From NCBI RefSeq assembly GCF_009914755.1, contig NC_060929.1: 64,000 nucleotides of DNA. One strand, given 5' to 3'. The notes under the pieces were generated by a model. It was not told the DNA's origin, did not search any database, and saw only the letters and a program-made list of their open reading frames with translations. This DNA comes from the human T2T-CHM13v2.0 reference genome, Homo sapiens. Positions 1 to 13,842 of this stretch are shown piece after piece (the first letter of the stretch is position 1; each line of letters begins with the position of its first letter). The position numbers were made by a program, and so were the translations under genes.

Positions 1-1085
1 TTTTAAAATATTATAATATGATGGTAGATAGTCCTTGTGAGTTTGCAAATATAGGCTTTATGTATTATTAAACTAAGTTATTTAGTGTACACCAGGTTAG
101 GACTGTTGCATCTTCCTGGACTATATAACTTTTTACTATTTTCTAATGATTTTTGTCATATATACATATACATGTATATATTATCTGTGTCTGTGTGTGT
201 GCATAAACAGAGAGAAAAATTTAGATGTCTCTTAGGAAAAAAAATTGTATTCTTAATCCTACTTGACAAACCTTGTATGTTACTTTCATCCTTTTACATT
301 TATTGTAACTAACAACATATTTTAGTGTAGTGCTGCCATTCATATTGTACTATTTGCCTTCCTATTTCAATTTATTTTTCTCTGTTTCTGACTATTTATA
401 GATTGAGAGGTTCTATCCTTTCTTTTATTCCACTCCTACAAATTAATAAAATATATTCTCTAAACATTTTTTTGTGAGTGTGCCTTAGATGTTTTAATAG
501 ACACACTTAATACATAAATTTAATGATCTTTACCTTTCCTTCAAGCAACAGATAGATCTTTAATGATTTAACTCTGTTCATTCTTTGCCAATTTATGTTA
601 TTTTTTCCAGTATTTTAGCTTCATCTTTTACTTAAACCCCATAAGTCAGACATTATTTTATTATTTTATAAGGTCATGGCTAATTTAGATGTACCTATAT
701 ATTTTTCAACATCTTTGCTTATCATTTTTTCCTCTATTTTTAGCATCTTTAGATTATTTTCTTTTGTATCAGGCCAGTGATGTATTTTTAAAACTTATTT
801 TTATGTTTAATCTAGCATTTTTTAATTAACGGATCTCCCAGAGTAATTAGACTCTTGTTTTATCCGAAATTATTTGTAATCTTTACTTTTTTACATTATT
901 CAGATAAGTGTTACTCGAAAACCAGATGCTAATTTTTAAATACACTATTTGATTCAATTAGCTAATATGTTATTGAAGACTATTGCATCTATGTTCGTAA
1001 GTGAAATTGGCTACTACCATATCCAGTTTTGCTACCAAATTCTACTATCCTCAAAAAATACTTTCTTCTTGTCTTTCATTGAGCC
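1..1085 (-). mobile_element. Old L1M-type LINE-1 fragments
   Basis: T-rich degenerate antisense L1-like text (e.g. TTGCATCTATGTTCGTAAGTGAAATTGG); boundaries approximate. Confidence 0.5.
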
Positions 1086-2142
1086 TATTATTTAATTGAA
1101 CTGTGAGAAAACATGCAAACCTAAAATATGAAGCCAAGTGAGAGATAGATAGAAACTTGAGGGAGTTTAGGAGTTTAAACAGTGCTTGACAAAAAAATGA
1201 GCCAATATTTGCAAAAAGAAATTTTACTGACATTCCCAATTTACTGTTCTGCATTATGAAATATGACTACTATATACCAACTTTTCAGGAATATCAAATA
1301 TTCAATAGGAGACACACACTTGTCTGAAACATTTACTCTTTCATAAACTAGGAAAGATTATCAAAATTTATATGTTCATATAAATATAAACATAAATTTA
1401 TATATTTAATATGTTAAAATTATATATTTAATATGTTAAATATTAATATAATTTATTAGTATTTATAAACATAAATTATAAAATTTATATATTTAGATGA
1501 ATGTAGTCAAACATTCATCTAAATAGAAATACAAATTTGGGAAAAGAGATACTACAGAGTATAGCTTTTCCATTTCTTAAAAAAAAGTATCAAACTAGCT
1601 CTTAGAAGAGTTTTTAAATTCCCAGCTGATATTCACAAAGGCATGATTTAGCACAGTATTCTCTTTTCCTGTGTTGGCACAGTATCTGGCACGTGGAAGT
1701 TACTACGCATTCATATACTGTTATTGTGATAGCATCCCTCACCTTTTCCCCAGCCTTAGAATAACAGTCAAGAAACTATTGTATATTTCCTATCATTTAA
1801 CTATTCCAGACATACTGGTACTTGTTCAATCTCTCTCTCTTTCACTCACAAATCACGAAAATGTCTTCTTAACCTCAGTTTTTCTTCTTGACAATAAAAA
1901 AAGCTAATTGTAGTATGACATAATATATTGACTCACTAATTAGCCTTAATTGATCACAATTGATTAGTTTGACAAGCATGTGACTTAATAGAAACAATTC
2001 TATAAGCAGTGATAAGTAGAACTAAAGGCACAAAATTATGAATGTGATTAAAAATGCTTTCACCATGATAAAAAAAAAATCAAATGAGAATACAGTAGGT
2101 GTTTAGTTTTAAGGTCTCTGTGTAATAAGTGGATTTAAAATA

Positions 2143-2440
2143 TTTTCTTTCTTTGTTTTGTTTCTGATGCCAGGGCTGCAGTGCAATGGCAGAATCACAG
2201 CTTATTCCATCCTCAAATTCCTGGGCTCAAGCCTTCTTCTCAAGCCTTCTTCTGCCTCTGCCTACTGAGTAGTTGGGACTACAAATGTGCACCATCATGC
2301 CCAGCTAATTTTTAAATTTTTTTGTAGAGACCGGGTCTCACTATATTGCCCAGGCTGGTCTCAATTTCCTGGACCCAAGCAATTCTCTCTCTCCACTTCC
2401 CAAAGTGCTGGGATTACAGGCGTGAGCCACCACGTCCAGT
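2143..2440 (-). mobile_element. AluJ-type SINE with internal 13-bp tandem duplication (CTCAAGCCTTCTT x2)
   Basis: Antisense Alu text (CCCAAAGTGCTGGGATTACAGGCGTGAGCCACC); degenerate TSD AAAATA(TA)TTTTCTT on both sides. Confidence 0.85.
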
Positions 2441-3229
2441 AAAATATATTTTCTTATTGTTCTACAACAGGTAGATGGACCATTAAATTGTGTGATTAAT
2501 TTTATGAGAAGCAAAGTAAAACTACAACAAATAGCTGCTGAAGTAGTAAATAGAAAACTCATACTCACTTACAAGAGAATTCTGGAAACCAACTAATAAC
2601 TTTAACTCTGATTTCTTTTCCTAGATAACTTTTATTCAATACATGGAAAATGAAACAACTCAGGTGGAAACAAATCAAAACATTTGAAGAAAGTAGTGTC
2701 AGGGAATTTATGAGAAAGGAGCGCTGAATAGTGAGAGGGAAAAGAAGAAGAAAACTGAAGAATTATGTGCCTAAATACTTCACCCTGAATACTAATCATG
2801 TTATACAATGGAAAACTGTGGATGAATCTTGACGTTATTTATCTGGCTTGATATCTCTCTCAATACAACAGATTTTGAAAGCCAGCTTCTGTTTGAGGAT
2901 ATAAATACATATTCTTCCTTTTTGTCCCAGTCAAGGAAGCATCAAGCACTTAAATAAGAGACACTGAAAATTGTCACTGACCATACCACACAATATAAGC
3001 ACCAACCCTTTGATAAACTAACTTGTAAATTTTAAAATTTTTTAAAAATTACAGGTAGAAGCATGGATCCAAAGTAATACCAATGTATTACAGATGTCGA
3101 TTGTTCTAAGTATAGTATAATGAATATCCCATCATTGTCATCATCTTCTATTCTCTAGGTACCATAGAAAACCAGAATTAAGCAATCTCTTACATTCCAT
3201 ATGTATTTGTGTTGGAATTATTTTGATAT

Positions 3230-3465
3230 AATAGAATTTGGTGGTTAAGGGTATGGCTTGACCCAGATTATCCCTGTTCAAATACTGGCTTCAACATTTC
3301 CTCACTGTGTGACATGCTCTGATGAATTAATTTGCTCACTGTGCTTCAGTTGTTGAAACAATTGGGAAACTTTTTTCTTAATAATGGTACCACACTTAAA
3401 GGGTCATTTTGAGGGTAAAATAAAGCACCTCAAGTGCTTACAGACATATGGCACTTAGAAAACAA
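3230..3465 (+). mobile_element. MIR SINE
   Basis: GTGGTTAAG...GTTCAAATACTGGCTTC...CTGTGTGAC...CTGTGCTTCAGTT MIR core pattern. Confidence 0.6.
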
Positions 3466-4721
3466 ATTTTGCTGTTTTATTATTGTGAATGCTAGAATTC
3501 ATTATTATTTTTTATTACTATTAACATTGTTCTTAATCCTTAACTTTTCTCCCTTTTTGTCCTTCCTGGGAGATAGAAATATTAACAATTTGAGGTTGTT
3601 ATAACTGTGGCATAACTACACAACTTGCTGATTCTGAAATAATGTATTCTTTCTCACTTTCTACCCCTGGAGCCTATAACAAGTTAAAGTCTCTTGTTTT
3701 TGAAAGTAAAAAAAAAAGATATACATAATGAATAAATAAAGCATATAGTTAATATTTCACAACTAACCTTTAGCAGAAAAAGATTGTCAAATTATCTTCC
3801 ATGTAATTCATCACTGTCCTTTATGTTCTGAAAAAATGGAGCGATGTCCTTGATCCAGACAGCTTCACAGGACATATTTGATTAGTTCCTAAGGATACAT
3901 ATGAAATGTCAAGGAAATATTACCACTAGGCATTTTAATACCTTAATGAGATCCTTTTATTCTCCCTTCCTCTGCTCTATTACCTTTCCTTATAGACTCC
4001 AGTTGCTTATTACTTTGGGAACAATAGATGATGTTACTGATACGACTACAGAGTCTCTAGACTAAAATTTAAGTTCTTTAGCTGATGATAAAATTGTCAG
4101 AAATTCATTGTAATAAAGATGTTCATTTTTTCTCCCACTTCTTTGTTCTAAGGACCTTTGCAAAGGCTTACTCTACCATCTCCAAGTCCCACCCAGAAAC
4201 TTGAATTCAGAAATATGAGAAAAGAGTATGCACTTGGGAACCATACAGGCTGAGCTAACTTAATGCTGTGGTGGGTAAATAAAACATATTTGAATAGTTC
4301 CTAGTATAATGTTCAGTTTAAAACAATTACTCAATTAACCTTAATTTCTTTTTCTGCTTCTTTTCTTTTGAAGTCTCACTTTTTTGCCCTTAATTATGCT
4401 CTGTATTTTAGATGTCTTCCAACTGTCAAAAGTCTTATCTATCCTTCTTACCCAACTCACCTTTCCCCTTCTTAACTAAGCCTCCTAATATCACTATTAA
4501 AGAATTTTAATTTTTTAGTTCTTTGAGAGTAGTAACAATATCTCCTGTCAGAATTTCTAAAAGAGTAAGTGGCTTGAACACAATGAAAAAGTAAATTCCT
4601 TTGAATGAACTATTTGAAACTGGAATGTGAGTTTGGCTGTGAGGTCAAGAATACTGGCATGCATAAGGATCCAACTTGTGCTGCGTATAAATCAAATAGG
4701 CTGTATCAAAAGTAAACCAAG

Positions 4722-5030
4722 ATGCAGCTGGAAGCCATTACCCTAAGCAAATTAACGCAGAAATAGAAAACCAAATACCACATGCTCTCACTGATAAGTG
4801 GGAGCTAAGCATTGAGTACACATGGACATACAGATGAGGATGATAGAAACTGGGACTACAAGGGAGAGATAAAAAGGGGAAAGGGGCTAGAAAACTACTT
4901 ATTAGCTAATTGAGTACTATGCTCACTACTGGGGTACTGGGATCATCTGTATTCCAAACTTCAGCATCACAAAATATTCCCATGTGACAAACCCACACAT
5001 ATACCCTTAATCTAAAATAAAAGTTGAAAT
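4722..5030 (+). mobile_element. L1 3' end (L1PA15/16-L1PB-like)
   Basis: ORF2 end and 3'UTR ending AAATAAAAGTTGAAA; TSD AAGTAAACCAAG at 4710-4721 and 5423-5434. Confidence 0.85.
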
Positions 5031-5415
5031 TTATTTTATTTTATTTTAAGTTCTGGAATACATGTGTAGAATGTGCAGGTTTGTTACATAGGTATATGTG
5101 TGCCATGGTGGTTTGCTGCACCTATTGATCTGTACTTTAAGTTCCTTCCCCTCGTCCCCCACACCGCAACAGGCCCTGGTGTGTGTTGTTCTCCTACCTG
5201 TGTCCATGTGTTCTCATTGTTCGACTTCCACTTAAGCAAACATGCGGTGTTTGCTTTTCTGTTCCTGTGTTAGTTTGCTGAGGATGATGGCTTCCAGCTT
5301 CATCCATATCCTGGCAAGAATATGTTCTCACTCCTATTTATGGCTGCATAGTATTCTATAGTGTATATGTTCCACATTTTCTTCATCCAGTCTATCATTG
5401 ATGGGGATTTGGGTT
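5031..5415 (-). mobile_element. L1PA7/8-like 3' end inserted into the tail of the preceding L1
   Basis: Antisense L1PA 3'UTR (GTGCAGGTTTGTTACATAGG...GTGCCATGGTGGTTTGCTGCACC) lying inside the older element's TSD pair. Confidence 0.85.
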
Positions 5416-8400
5416 TTTTTTTAAGTAAACCAAGGTTCTAATATCAGGGGGCAAGCACATAATAAAAGCACAAACTTTTAACTATTAACTGGGAGTCTCA
5501 ACATGGACCTTTAGCCTTAGAGAGCAAAACCAGTGCAGGGAAATTTTCTTAAACTTGAATAGCACATGGTTCATATACTATGACTCTGCTCTTTCTACTA
5601 AATCTTTCTATTGCTCTGCAGCTAGAAGGTACTTATTTAGACTTTATGTAAATAATATTATTTCTACTTACTGAACTCCTGCTAGAATGGCCTGCTAGCA
5701 TTTGTAGTTCTATATTCGCATAATTATAGTACTCATACATTCCAGTTTGCATGACAAATAAATTCTACAGTTTTCTTAGCAGGGGCTTCTAAGATAAGGG
5801 GGGAAAATACCTAGGGATTTGACTGAAATAACTACATTGCAGAAATAACTAAAAATGAGACCACCAAAACTATGAACATTGATTCTATACAGGAAATAAA
5901 TTATTCTGAAACAAAAATAAATTTTCAGAAATATGTACAATGAATATCAGGGTAATAATAAATAACAGAAAAATCATAATGCAATTATGTAAAATGTTGT
6001 TTTGGCACTGAAAGATTAAGTAACAGCTATATTATGAGAAGGATTGGATTTGCAAAGAGTGAAATGTAGGGAAGATTTCAAAAGTAGTAGGATATTCAAA
6101 AGTTAACAATTGTTGCATGCAGGAGTAAGGGAGATGAAGAAATTAAAATCACTTCAAGTATCCATGCAACCACTGAAAGGATTCATTTTATTATTTGTCA
6201 ATTTACGAGTGTTGGTTGTAAAATACGTAAGCAAGCCAAAAATAAAAAAATATCAAATTTTTGAAAGCATACAGACCCATTGTTAACAGTGTTTTGAGAT
6301 TTTCTGTGTTTGTTTTTCCTTGTTTTGTTTGTTTTTAGGCATTTATAACCGTTTGATAGTTTCAGGTTCCTTTCAACAAAAAGATAAGCATAAATGGGAC
6401 CTTTTTTCAACTTTTTTTATGGTGCAATAATTATTTTATTTTCAGTTTTTCACAATTTGCAAACAAGATTAGAGTACAATAAATAACTTGGAACATATAT
6501 GACTATATATATGTCTATGTACATTTGCGAAGTTTACCTATAGTTTTAGGAATACAATTGCTGAAATAAAAGGTAAAAACATTTTACATTTTAATATATT
6601 TCACAAAATTTCTGTAAAAATTATTAGAATACTAGAGTATTACACGCCTACTAGAGTAGTGGCCCTCTGCTCATATTTTCAGTAACCCAATAAATATTTT
6701 TGAAGGTTGATTTTAAGTGTTGTTAAAACATTCCAATGGAAGCATTTCCTCGCTCTCCAGTAGAGCAAAAGTGAAAGGATTATTTCTATAACAAGGCCAA
6801 CAAGAGAGAAGACATACATGCAAATGTAAATCCCAACTAAGAAAACAGTTCAAACTCTCACAGGAGAAGGGTTATTGCGAAAAACGTAGTCCACATAATA
6901 ATTAAAATAATATTCTATTATGCATAAATTCTTTGTAGGTTTTCTCCAACTAGTCCAAAGATGAACTTTTCCTCACTTTAGACAAAAATTGTGCCGGATC
7001 AGAAAATAATTTCCAACTCAAATATTAGTCTTATTAAAAATATAATAAGTTATCTGATGTCTGTGATAGTAAAAATTAACAATGTCTTCTGAGTATAGAC
7101 TAAGTTTTTGTGTGCCTTTCTTAATATGTTTTAATTTAGAATCCACTGACTAGTGTTCATTAATTTGCCAATTTAATTTTTCCAGTTTTTTCAAACAAAA
7201 TATCATATGATATAATGATTGAAATAAGGACTCTAGGGATGTTGTATTTTCTTTAAATTTAATGTAAAGGAGTGATTAACTAGAAATAAAATTATATTCA
7301 ACTTACAAAATTAAATTTAAGACCACCACTTACCTGAGTCCTTCAAACACTCATTTAATCAATATGTGTTTTTAATGCTAACAGTTACATGCTTACTCAC
7401 AGGGCTTAATTAAGAAATACAATGATGAAATTAGCAAAGGTACTAAAAAAGGCCATCTGGACATTTAGTCTTTCAGCCCATAGACTATCTGTATTGATTT
7501 TATGTTTTTAAAATTCATCTAGGAACAATTTAGAGAACCAATATAGCAATACCAGATGTACTTTGCAAGATGATTATGAAGCAGATGGTTTTATGATCAC
7601 ATTTGTGTTTTAAAAGGTATTATTCTATTATATAAGGTTCACATTTACGACACATGCTTCTTGTTTAATATCATGGATGGTGTCATCCCACCAGAGCTTA
7701 TCACACATTTCTCTTCCTTGCATCTGTTCACTAAGTATGCAGACTGATTCTCTTAGCAGGGGGTATAAATTATCTCATTACATTGTTGGAAGAATGGTAT
7801 ATTATACAGTCCTAATTTTCTTATTAACATGATAATATCAGTAAAACTTATATGATAGGCAACCGTGGAAAATCAACATGGATGCCTAAAAGCCAACTTG
7901 ACTTGTGTCCAGTTAGATTTGATGTGACATTTCACTCCTTGGTGATATCTTTTTGCTATGTACAATAGAGTTTTATTTAACTAAGCTCAAAGGTACAACA
8001 TACTCTGAAAGTAATTCTGTATTAAGAGACTATAACTGTGATTATTCTTGGCATACTCAACTAATAATAAAAATATTAGGCTTTAGTTAACCATGGTAGA
8101 GAATAAACATGATTATAGTAATAGGCGTGCCCTAGCGAAGAAAGCAATTAAGTATTATGCCCTTTGTCGTGTACTAAATTTTGATTTTCTCACTTTTTTA
8201 GGATATAGTTAAGTGTAAGAAAAGCATTTCAGAAAAAAGCTTGCATTGGCTATAAACTCAGTCTGTGTCCTGACATCCTGTCATTGTTCCCTGCCTGACT
8301 TGTGTAAGTAACCTAATTTTGGATCTGAATGATCCAGTGGGAATGATCCTATTACCTAAACTGACTAGATTAGTGCTACTGTGAGAAGGTAACTTCATTC

Positions 8401-8719
8401 ATTCTAGCATTTATTTATCACCTGCTAAATTGTCCTAGGCTAGCCATTGGGAATGCAGATATATGTAGATCATTGCACGTGCCCTCAAGGGGATCATAGT
8501 CCAGTGGTAAAGTAGGCATGCAAGTAATCACATGTATATGTATGTATTCAGAAATATGTATTTCAGAGAGAATAACATATTGCACGTATATATTCTATAA
8601 TTACACAATCATTATGTACAATAATTATGTTTTAATATAATAATTTTAAAATATACAAATAATCACATGTATCAGAGAGAATTACTATTATTGTAATAAT
8701 ATTACAATAATATTAAAGT

Positions 8720-8975
8720 TTGGTTAATGACATTCATTCTGAGGTATTAAAGGGGAAGTTTATGGACATCTGAAATTTACTTTAAAACGTACCTAAAGTA
8801 AGATGGATTAATGGTGGAGAGATAAATAGATAGATGATAGATAGACAGAGAGATAGATAATGTTATAAAGCAAATATAGTACAATGTTAATGATAGAATC
8901 CAGGTGGTGGGTTACATGTATTTACTCTCAACTTTTCGGTATGTTTGAAAATTTTTTCATAATAAAATGCTAGAA
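8720..8975 (+). mobile_element. Old L1M (MC/ME-like) 3' end with a (GATA)n-like tract
   Basis: Ends GTTTGAAAATTTTTTCATAATAAAA, typical of old L1M 3' termini. Confidence 0.55.
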
Positions 8976-9061
8976 AGGAAAAGAAAGTAGGATGGCTGAT
9001 AGTGATCAGATGTTTGAGAGTGAAAAATATGGTAAATGGAATCAAGAAACAGTTTGCTGAA

Positions 9062-9418
9062 TGTATTAGTCCGTTTTCATGCTGCTGATAAAGACATACC
9101 TGAGACTGGGAAGAAACAGAGGTTTAATGGACTTATAGTTCCACATAAGGGAGGCCTCACAATCATGGCAGAAGGCAAGGAGGATCAAGTTATGTCTTAC
9201 ATGGATGGCAACAGGCAAAGAGAGAGAGCTTGTGCAAAGAAACTCCCGTTTTTAAAACCATCAGCTCTCATGAGACCCATTCACTGTCATGAGAATAGCA
9301 TGGGAAAGACCCACCCCCATGATTCAAACATCTCCCACTGTGTCCCTCCCACAACACATGGGAATTATGGGAGTTACAAGATGAGATTTGGGTGGGGACA
9401 CAGAGCCAAACCATATCA
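9062..9418 (-). mobile_element. THE1 (THE1B/C-like) solo LTR, ERVL-MaLR
   Basis: TGTATTAGTCCGTTTTCATGCTGCTGATAAAGACATACC...CCAAACCATATCA, TG...CA termini, perfect 5-bp TSD CTGAA (9057-9061 and 9419-9423). Confidence 0.93.
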
Positions 9419-9616
9419 CTGAAGCTTTGGCAAAGTCTCCTAGTTCCTCTAGCACATTTGCCCTTGCCTCACGGTATTCTGAATTCCTTCTTTTATCTGG
9501 ACCTGCACTCTATTTATACAGTTTGTCCAAGCAAGAAGATTAACATTTCCATGTGTATTCTAGGACTTCTGAATTCTGCTTTGACCAGTGGCCTTTTTAT
9601 TTTCTTGCCGCATGTG

Positions 9617-9618
<2 letters not shown>

Positions 9619-9651
<33 letters not shown>
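9619..9651. repeat. (TG)n microsatellite
   Basis: Direct reading. Confidence 0.95.
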
Positions 9652-9653
<2 letters not shown>

Positions 9654-9924
9654 AATGCTTTCTGTAGCCTTTATCCGTGTTCTTTGATTTTTGGCATTTT
9701 GGCTGGGGAAGAGAAGAGACTCTCAGCGTCCAGGTGTAAGTATTACATGGGATGTGAAAAGGAGGCAGATATTCTTTTTATTTTTATGTAAATTTGCTAT
9801 TTCATAATATTATCTCGCCAAACTGCATTGAGTGCTTTTGAGTAGATAGGTAATTGTCTGGGAGGAAAAGTGACCAGTTGGTAGGCAAATCAGCAGAAAC
9901 TTTTTAAAAAGATGGTTACCATTA

Positions 9925-10340
9925 TCATTATATCAGAGAAATTTAGGTTGACCCAACTGTTACAGAAAATCAAAATCAACAATGGCTTAAACACATAAAG
10001 TTTTTTGTTTATTTGGTTGGTTGGTTATTGTTTTCTTCAAGGAAAAGCCAAAAGTTGGTATGATAGTTTGACAAAGTAATCACGGTCCCAAGCTCCTTCG
10101 AAACTTTACTTTGCAATTTTTATATGTGGACTCATCTGTATGTTTGCAAACATTGCTGAAGTTCATACCATTGTATCAACATTCCTGTCACCAGGAAGGA
10201 GGAAGACTTGGAGGCACATTCACTTCAACATAAGTTGTACCTACCAATTCACTTATATTCCTCTAAAGGATTCAAAATGAGTAAGCATGCCAACCTTTCT
10301 GTATAGGAGGCTAACCTGTAGTCTATAATCTGGGCAGGTG
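9925..10340 (-). mobile_element. Old MLT1-type MaLR LTR (degenerate)
   Basis: AACAATGGCTTAAACACATAAAG-type MLT1 motif; heavily diverged. Confidence 0.4.
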
Positions 10341-11329
10341 AATATATTTTTAGTTGTCCCAGCTTTTTAAAAAAATCAATGATTCTCTTAAAATATCACA
10401 TGAGGAGAACAAAGAGTAGAAAAAACTATCAATCACAGTTACAGAATTATCAATAGAATAATATATAATAAAATAGAGAACTTGAGAGTCCTGCAATCAA
10501 TATTTCAAAGAATTTAAAAAATGAAACCAACTAGAAGTAAAATATAGAGGGAGACAGTAGAGTTTAGTGGCCCAGGAGCTAATTCAATGTATGCTGAATC
10601 CTCAAGGACATATTGGTGTTTCATTGTACTAGATTTTTGGTCTGAAACAGAATAAGCAGAAATACAAAGTAGGAACCACCTTGAATTATCCTTGACGAAT
10701 ATTTCCTTTTGATTAATTAGAAGATAATGAAGGTAAGTGGTAATTTGCCATTTCCTCACATTGGGAATTGGACAGAGAAAGCATAACTTCAATTTGTCAA
10801 AAAAAATCAGAAGTAAATTTATGAAGCCTTTGGGGCAGGGAGTGCTGCTGTACCTTTTGTCTTGTGGAATTAAGATAGTCTATGTAGAGATCTATCTACC
10901 ACCCTAGTTTTACAGGTGACGATCCTGAAGTTCAGGAAGATGAAGTGACTCTCCCAGGGCCACAGCAGTAATAAGTTTTCATATTGGCACTAGACACAGA
11001 AGCATTCTGATTCATAGTCCCTGGCTCTTAAATCTCTTTAAAATTTTCTTGGCAGCATCTAGCTATTCATCAAATTCTCAATCTTGGAAAGGTATCAGCA
11101 TGTCAATGTAGAATTATTTTCAGATCTTTGTAACATGGAGTCAAAAAACCAGTTTAACTCAGAGTCCCTTTATAATTATCTAAATTCTGCATTTTTATGA
11201 GGATTCATTTAATCCATTGCTTAGCCTGCCTTTATGTTCATACTGATGTAGCTTTTTATTCATCTTAGTGACTACTAACAGTAGTCTTGAATATTAAGAA
11301 AATCTGACTTTGTTATTTTTATTAATAAT

Positions 11330-12095
11330 ATTCTCAATTTAACAAAGTACTCAATCCCACCATGAGCAAAATACATGTAGTAGTCCCTGTTAATAGCACA
11401 GATATTCGGCTAGATGCGGGGAATAAGATGGTGAGCAAAATCAGACATGGTTCCAATTAATACTGGGCTTAGAGTTTAGTGGGGAGACAGACATTTAACA
11501 AGCACAGTAGTGGTCACATAATTTTAAAAATTACAGAAAATAACATGGCCCAATAAAAGCACATAATAAAGACCTTCAACAAATATTTGTTGAATGAATT
11601 ATTGGACACTGACCATATATGGGAAATGGTAGACTGATCTGAAGTGAGATGGTAATGTTAAGATGCACCAAATTGTTAAGGGCTTTGAATGGCAGGATAG
11701 GACTTTAGACCTTGTGCAACAAAATGTATGGATAAAGAGAGTTATTAAAGGTTATAAAATGAGGAAACAAAATGATCCTTTTATGTTTTGGGAAGAAGGT
11801 TTTGATATTAATTAGAGAATGGGATTGTAGGGTGTAAAACAAGAAACATGGAGACCAGTTTGCTGGCAATTTTGACAGTTTAGGTAAGAGATAATGAGAG
11901 GCTGAACAAAGGTAGTGAGATAGAGGACGAGGAATGAATTTAAAAGACATTTCATGGATACTTATGACAGAAATTGGTGACAAATAATCCTTTAAGGTGT
12001 CAGGGGTAAGATAAATGAGATATTAAAATTAATCAAATGTTTCTGGTTTAGATGACTAAGATTACATCCGTAAATAAGATAGAACAAAGAATAAG
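11330..12095 (-). mobile_element. L2 LINE fragments
   Basis: Purine-rich L2 text (GGGAATAAGATGGTGAGCAAAATCAGACATGG...AGTGGGGAGACAGACATT). Confidence 0.55.
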
Positions 12096-12099
12096 TTTT

Positions 12100-12647
12100 G
12101 TAAATAGAGCTGAGGAGGAAAAACAGCTGCTCCTGATACTGGAGAACTGATCTAAAACAGTGTTGTTACAAGTTGGTTTGATGCTCTAAACTAGGCCATA
12201 TTGTTATGCTCTTGAACATAAACAGTCTCACAGAATATCAACATCAAATGAGATAACTCTGAGACCATGACTAAGTGAAACTAAAAAATGGTCATTGTTC
12301 AACCACAAAATACCAAATATTCCTTTCCCCAGCTAAAATGAGTGACTGTTTTATAAATCAATTTCAACTTTATCTTCACTGTAGTCAGCCTTCCCCATAC
12401 ATAAGATTTATTGAGATATTCATGGATTTTCCTTCTGCTTTCTGAAAGCACCTAATTTAGATCTAACCCCTGCTTCATCAGATCCTCTCCAAAATTACTC
12501 AAGCAAACCCCTAATTCTACAGATGCTTTCAAACACCTTCTTACCGAGACCCTATAGTGTGCATTCTCCCTCATTGAAACAAGTAATAAATCTAACTCAT
12601 TTAACTACAGCTGTGCTTCTGGTGGTCTTTGGCTCAAGGTCATTGCA
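12100..12647 (+). mobile_element. Probable old ERV solo LTR, subfamily not identified
   Basis: About 550 bp with TG...CA ends, AATAAA near the 3' end then a short U5-like GTGGTCTTTGG tail; interrupts L2 sequence. Confidence 0.45.
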
Positions 12648-13787
12648 TGGCAATAGGCCTAATATTAGACAATGTAATCTTGAAGTGTTTCTTGGGGTAT
12701 AAGATACCATGGAAATACAGTTGCTGTGTTGTGTCATTCATTTTCTTTTGGTTCATTAAGTTCTTAGAGATACACTTTTCTGAGAAAAATCATTCTGCAG
12801 GAACCTAAAAAGGGACCAAAAATTTCAGAATTGCTTAAGAATCTACTGTCAGTGTGTTTTGATAAATTCTGTGTATCCAAACAGAAAGCAACCATGTAAA
12901 AGGCTAACTTAGATAAAAGTAATGTAAATATCTTTGCATATTAACATACTATGAAAGGTACCATTCAAGGCAAAAAATAAATAGGAGGAAAAGAGGTAAT
13001 TTTTATAAAAAATTGGAGCAGTGAGGTCTGCTTTTTATTAAAAAGATTTTCTAAGCTTTATCATAAATATTGTCATTTTTGCAATTACAGTATGATATTA
13101 TATGGTAACTGGTCATATATAACAATCTACTGCATCAACAGAATGACTTGGATTAATCTGGTATGTCATGTAGCACACATACAGTTAAAATCTAGCATGA
13201 AAGGTTAAATAGGAAATTTTGCCCAATATTTCTTAAAAGTGAAATGCTCCATTGTGATGAGATTATTTGGTTTAGTATCACATTACTCTCTGATATCTTT
13301 TAAACTTTTTGGGAACAGGGATAATTTGTAGAAAAATCTTGATTTAGGTTAAATATAGGTTTTTAAAACTATTAATGTTGTCCTTTTTATACTTTAATAA
13401 GAATGTACAAGGAAATTACTTTAGAAGAAAATGAGCTTCTATTTAAATGTTGAAATATTTGTATGCTGTGAGTTTAAGAAGCCTTTAATTACCTGTAAGT
13501 TTTAGAGAACCATCTGCTTTCTATGATTGTAAAAAAAAAAAACTATGAAAGCATCATTTTAAAGGCTCCCTACAGACTATATTGATTTTCAAGTATATTT
13601 AATAAATTATTAATCAAACACAAAAAGTAGAGACATTCCTACATATTGGTGTGTCACGTAACTCCCTAATACCATTATCGTCTTTGTTTTTAAGTCCAAA
13701 CTTCTGCAGATTTTATCCTCTCCCACAGCCCAGCCCTTGGTACTTCATTGCACTATACAGTTGGTTGTTATGGACATAAACATAGAT

Positions 13788-13842
13788 CAGGGGTTTTCAA
13801 CCTCAGCACTATTGACATTTGGGCTGGATAATTTTTTGTTGA
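13788..13842 (-). mobile_element. MER20 (hAT-Charlie) terminal fragment
   Basis: CAGGGGTTTTCAACCTCAGCACTATTGACATTTGGGCTGGATAATT matches the recalled MER20 end. Confidence 0.7.

Noticed and set aside
9036-9422. 128-aa ORF
   Set aside because: Coincides with the THE1 LTR and is a typical chance translation of it.
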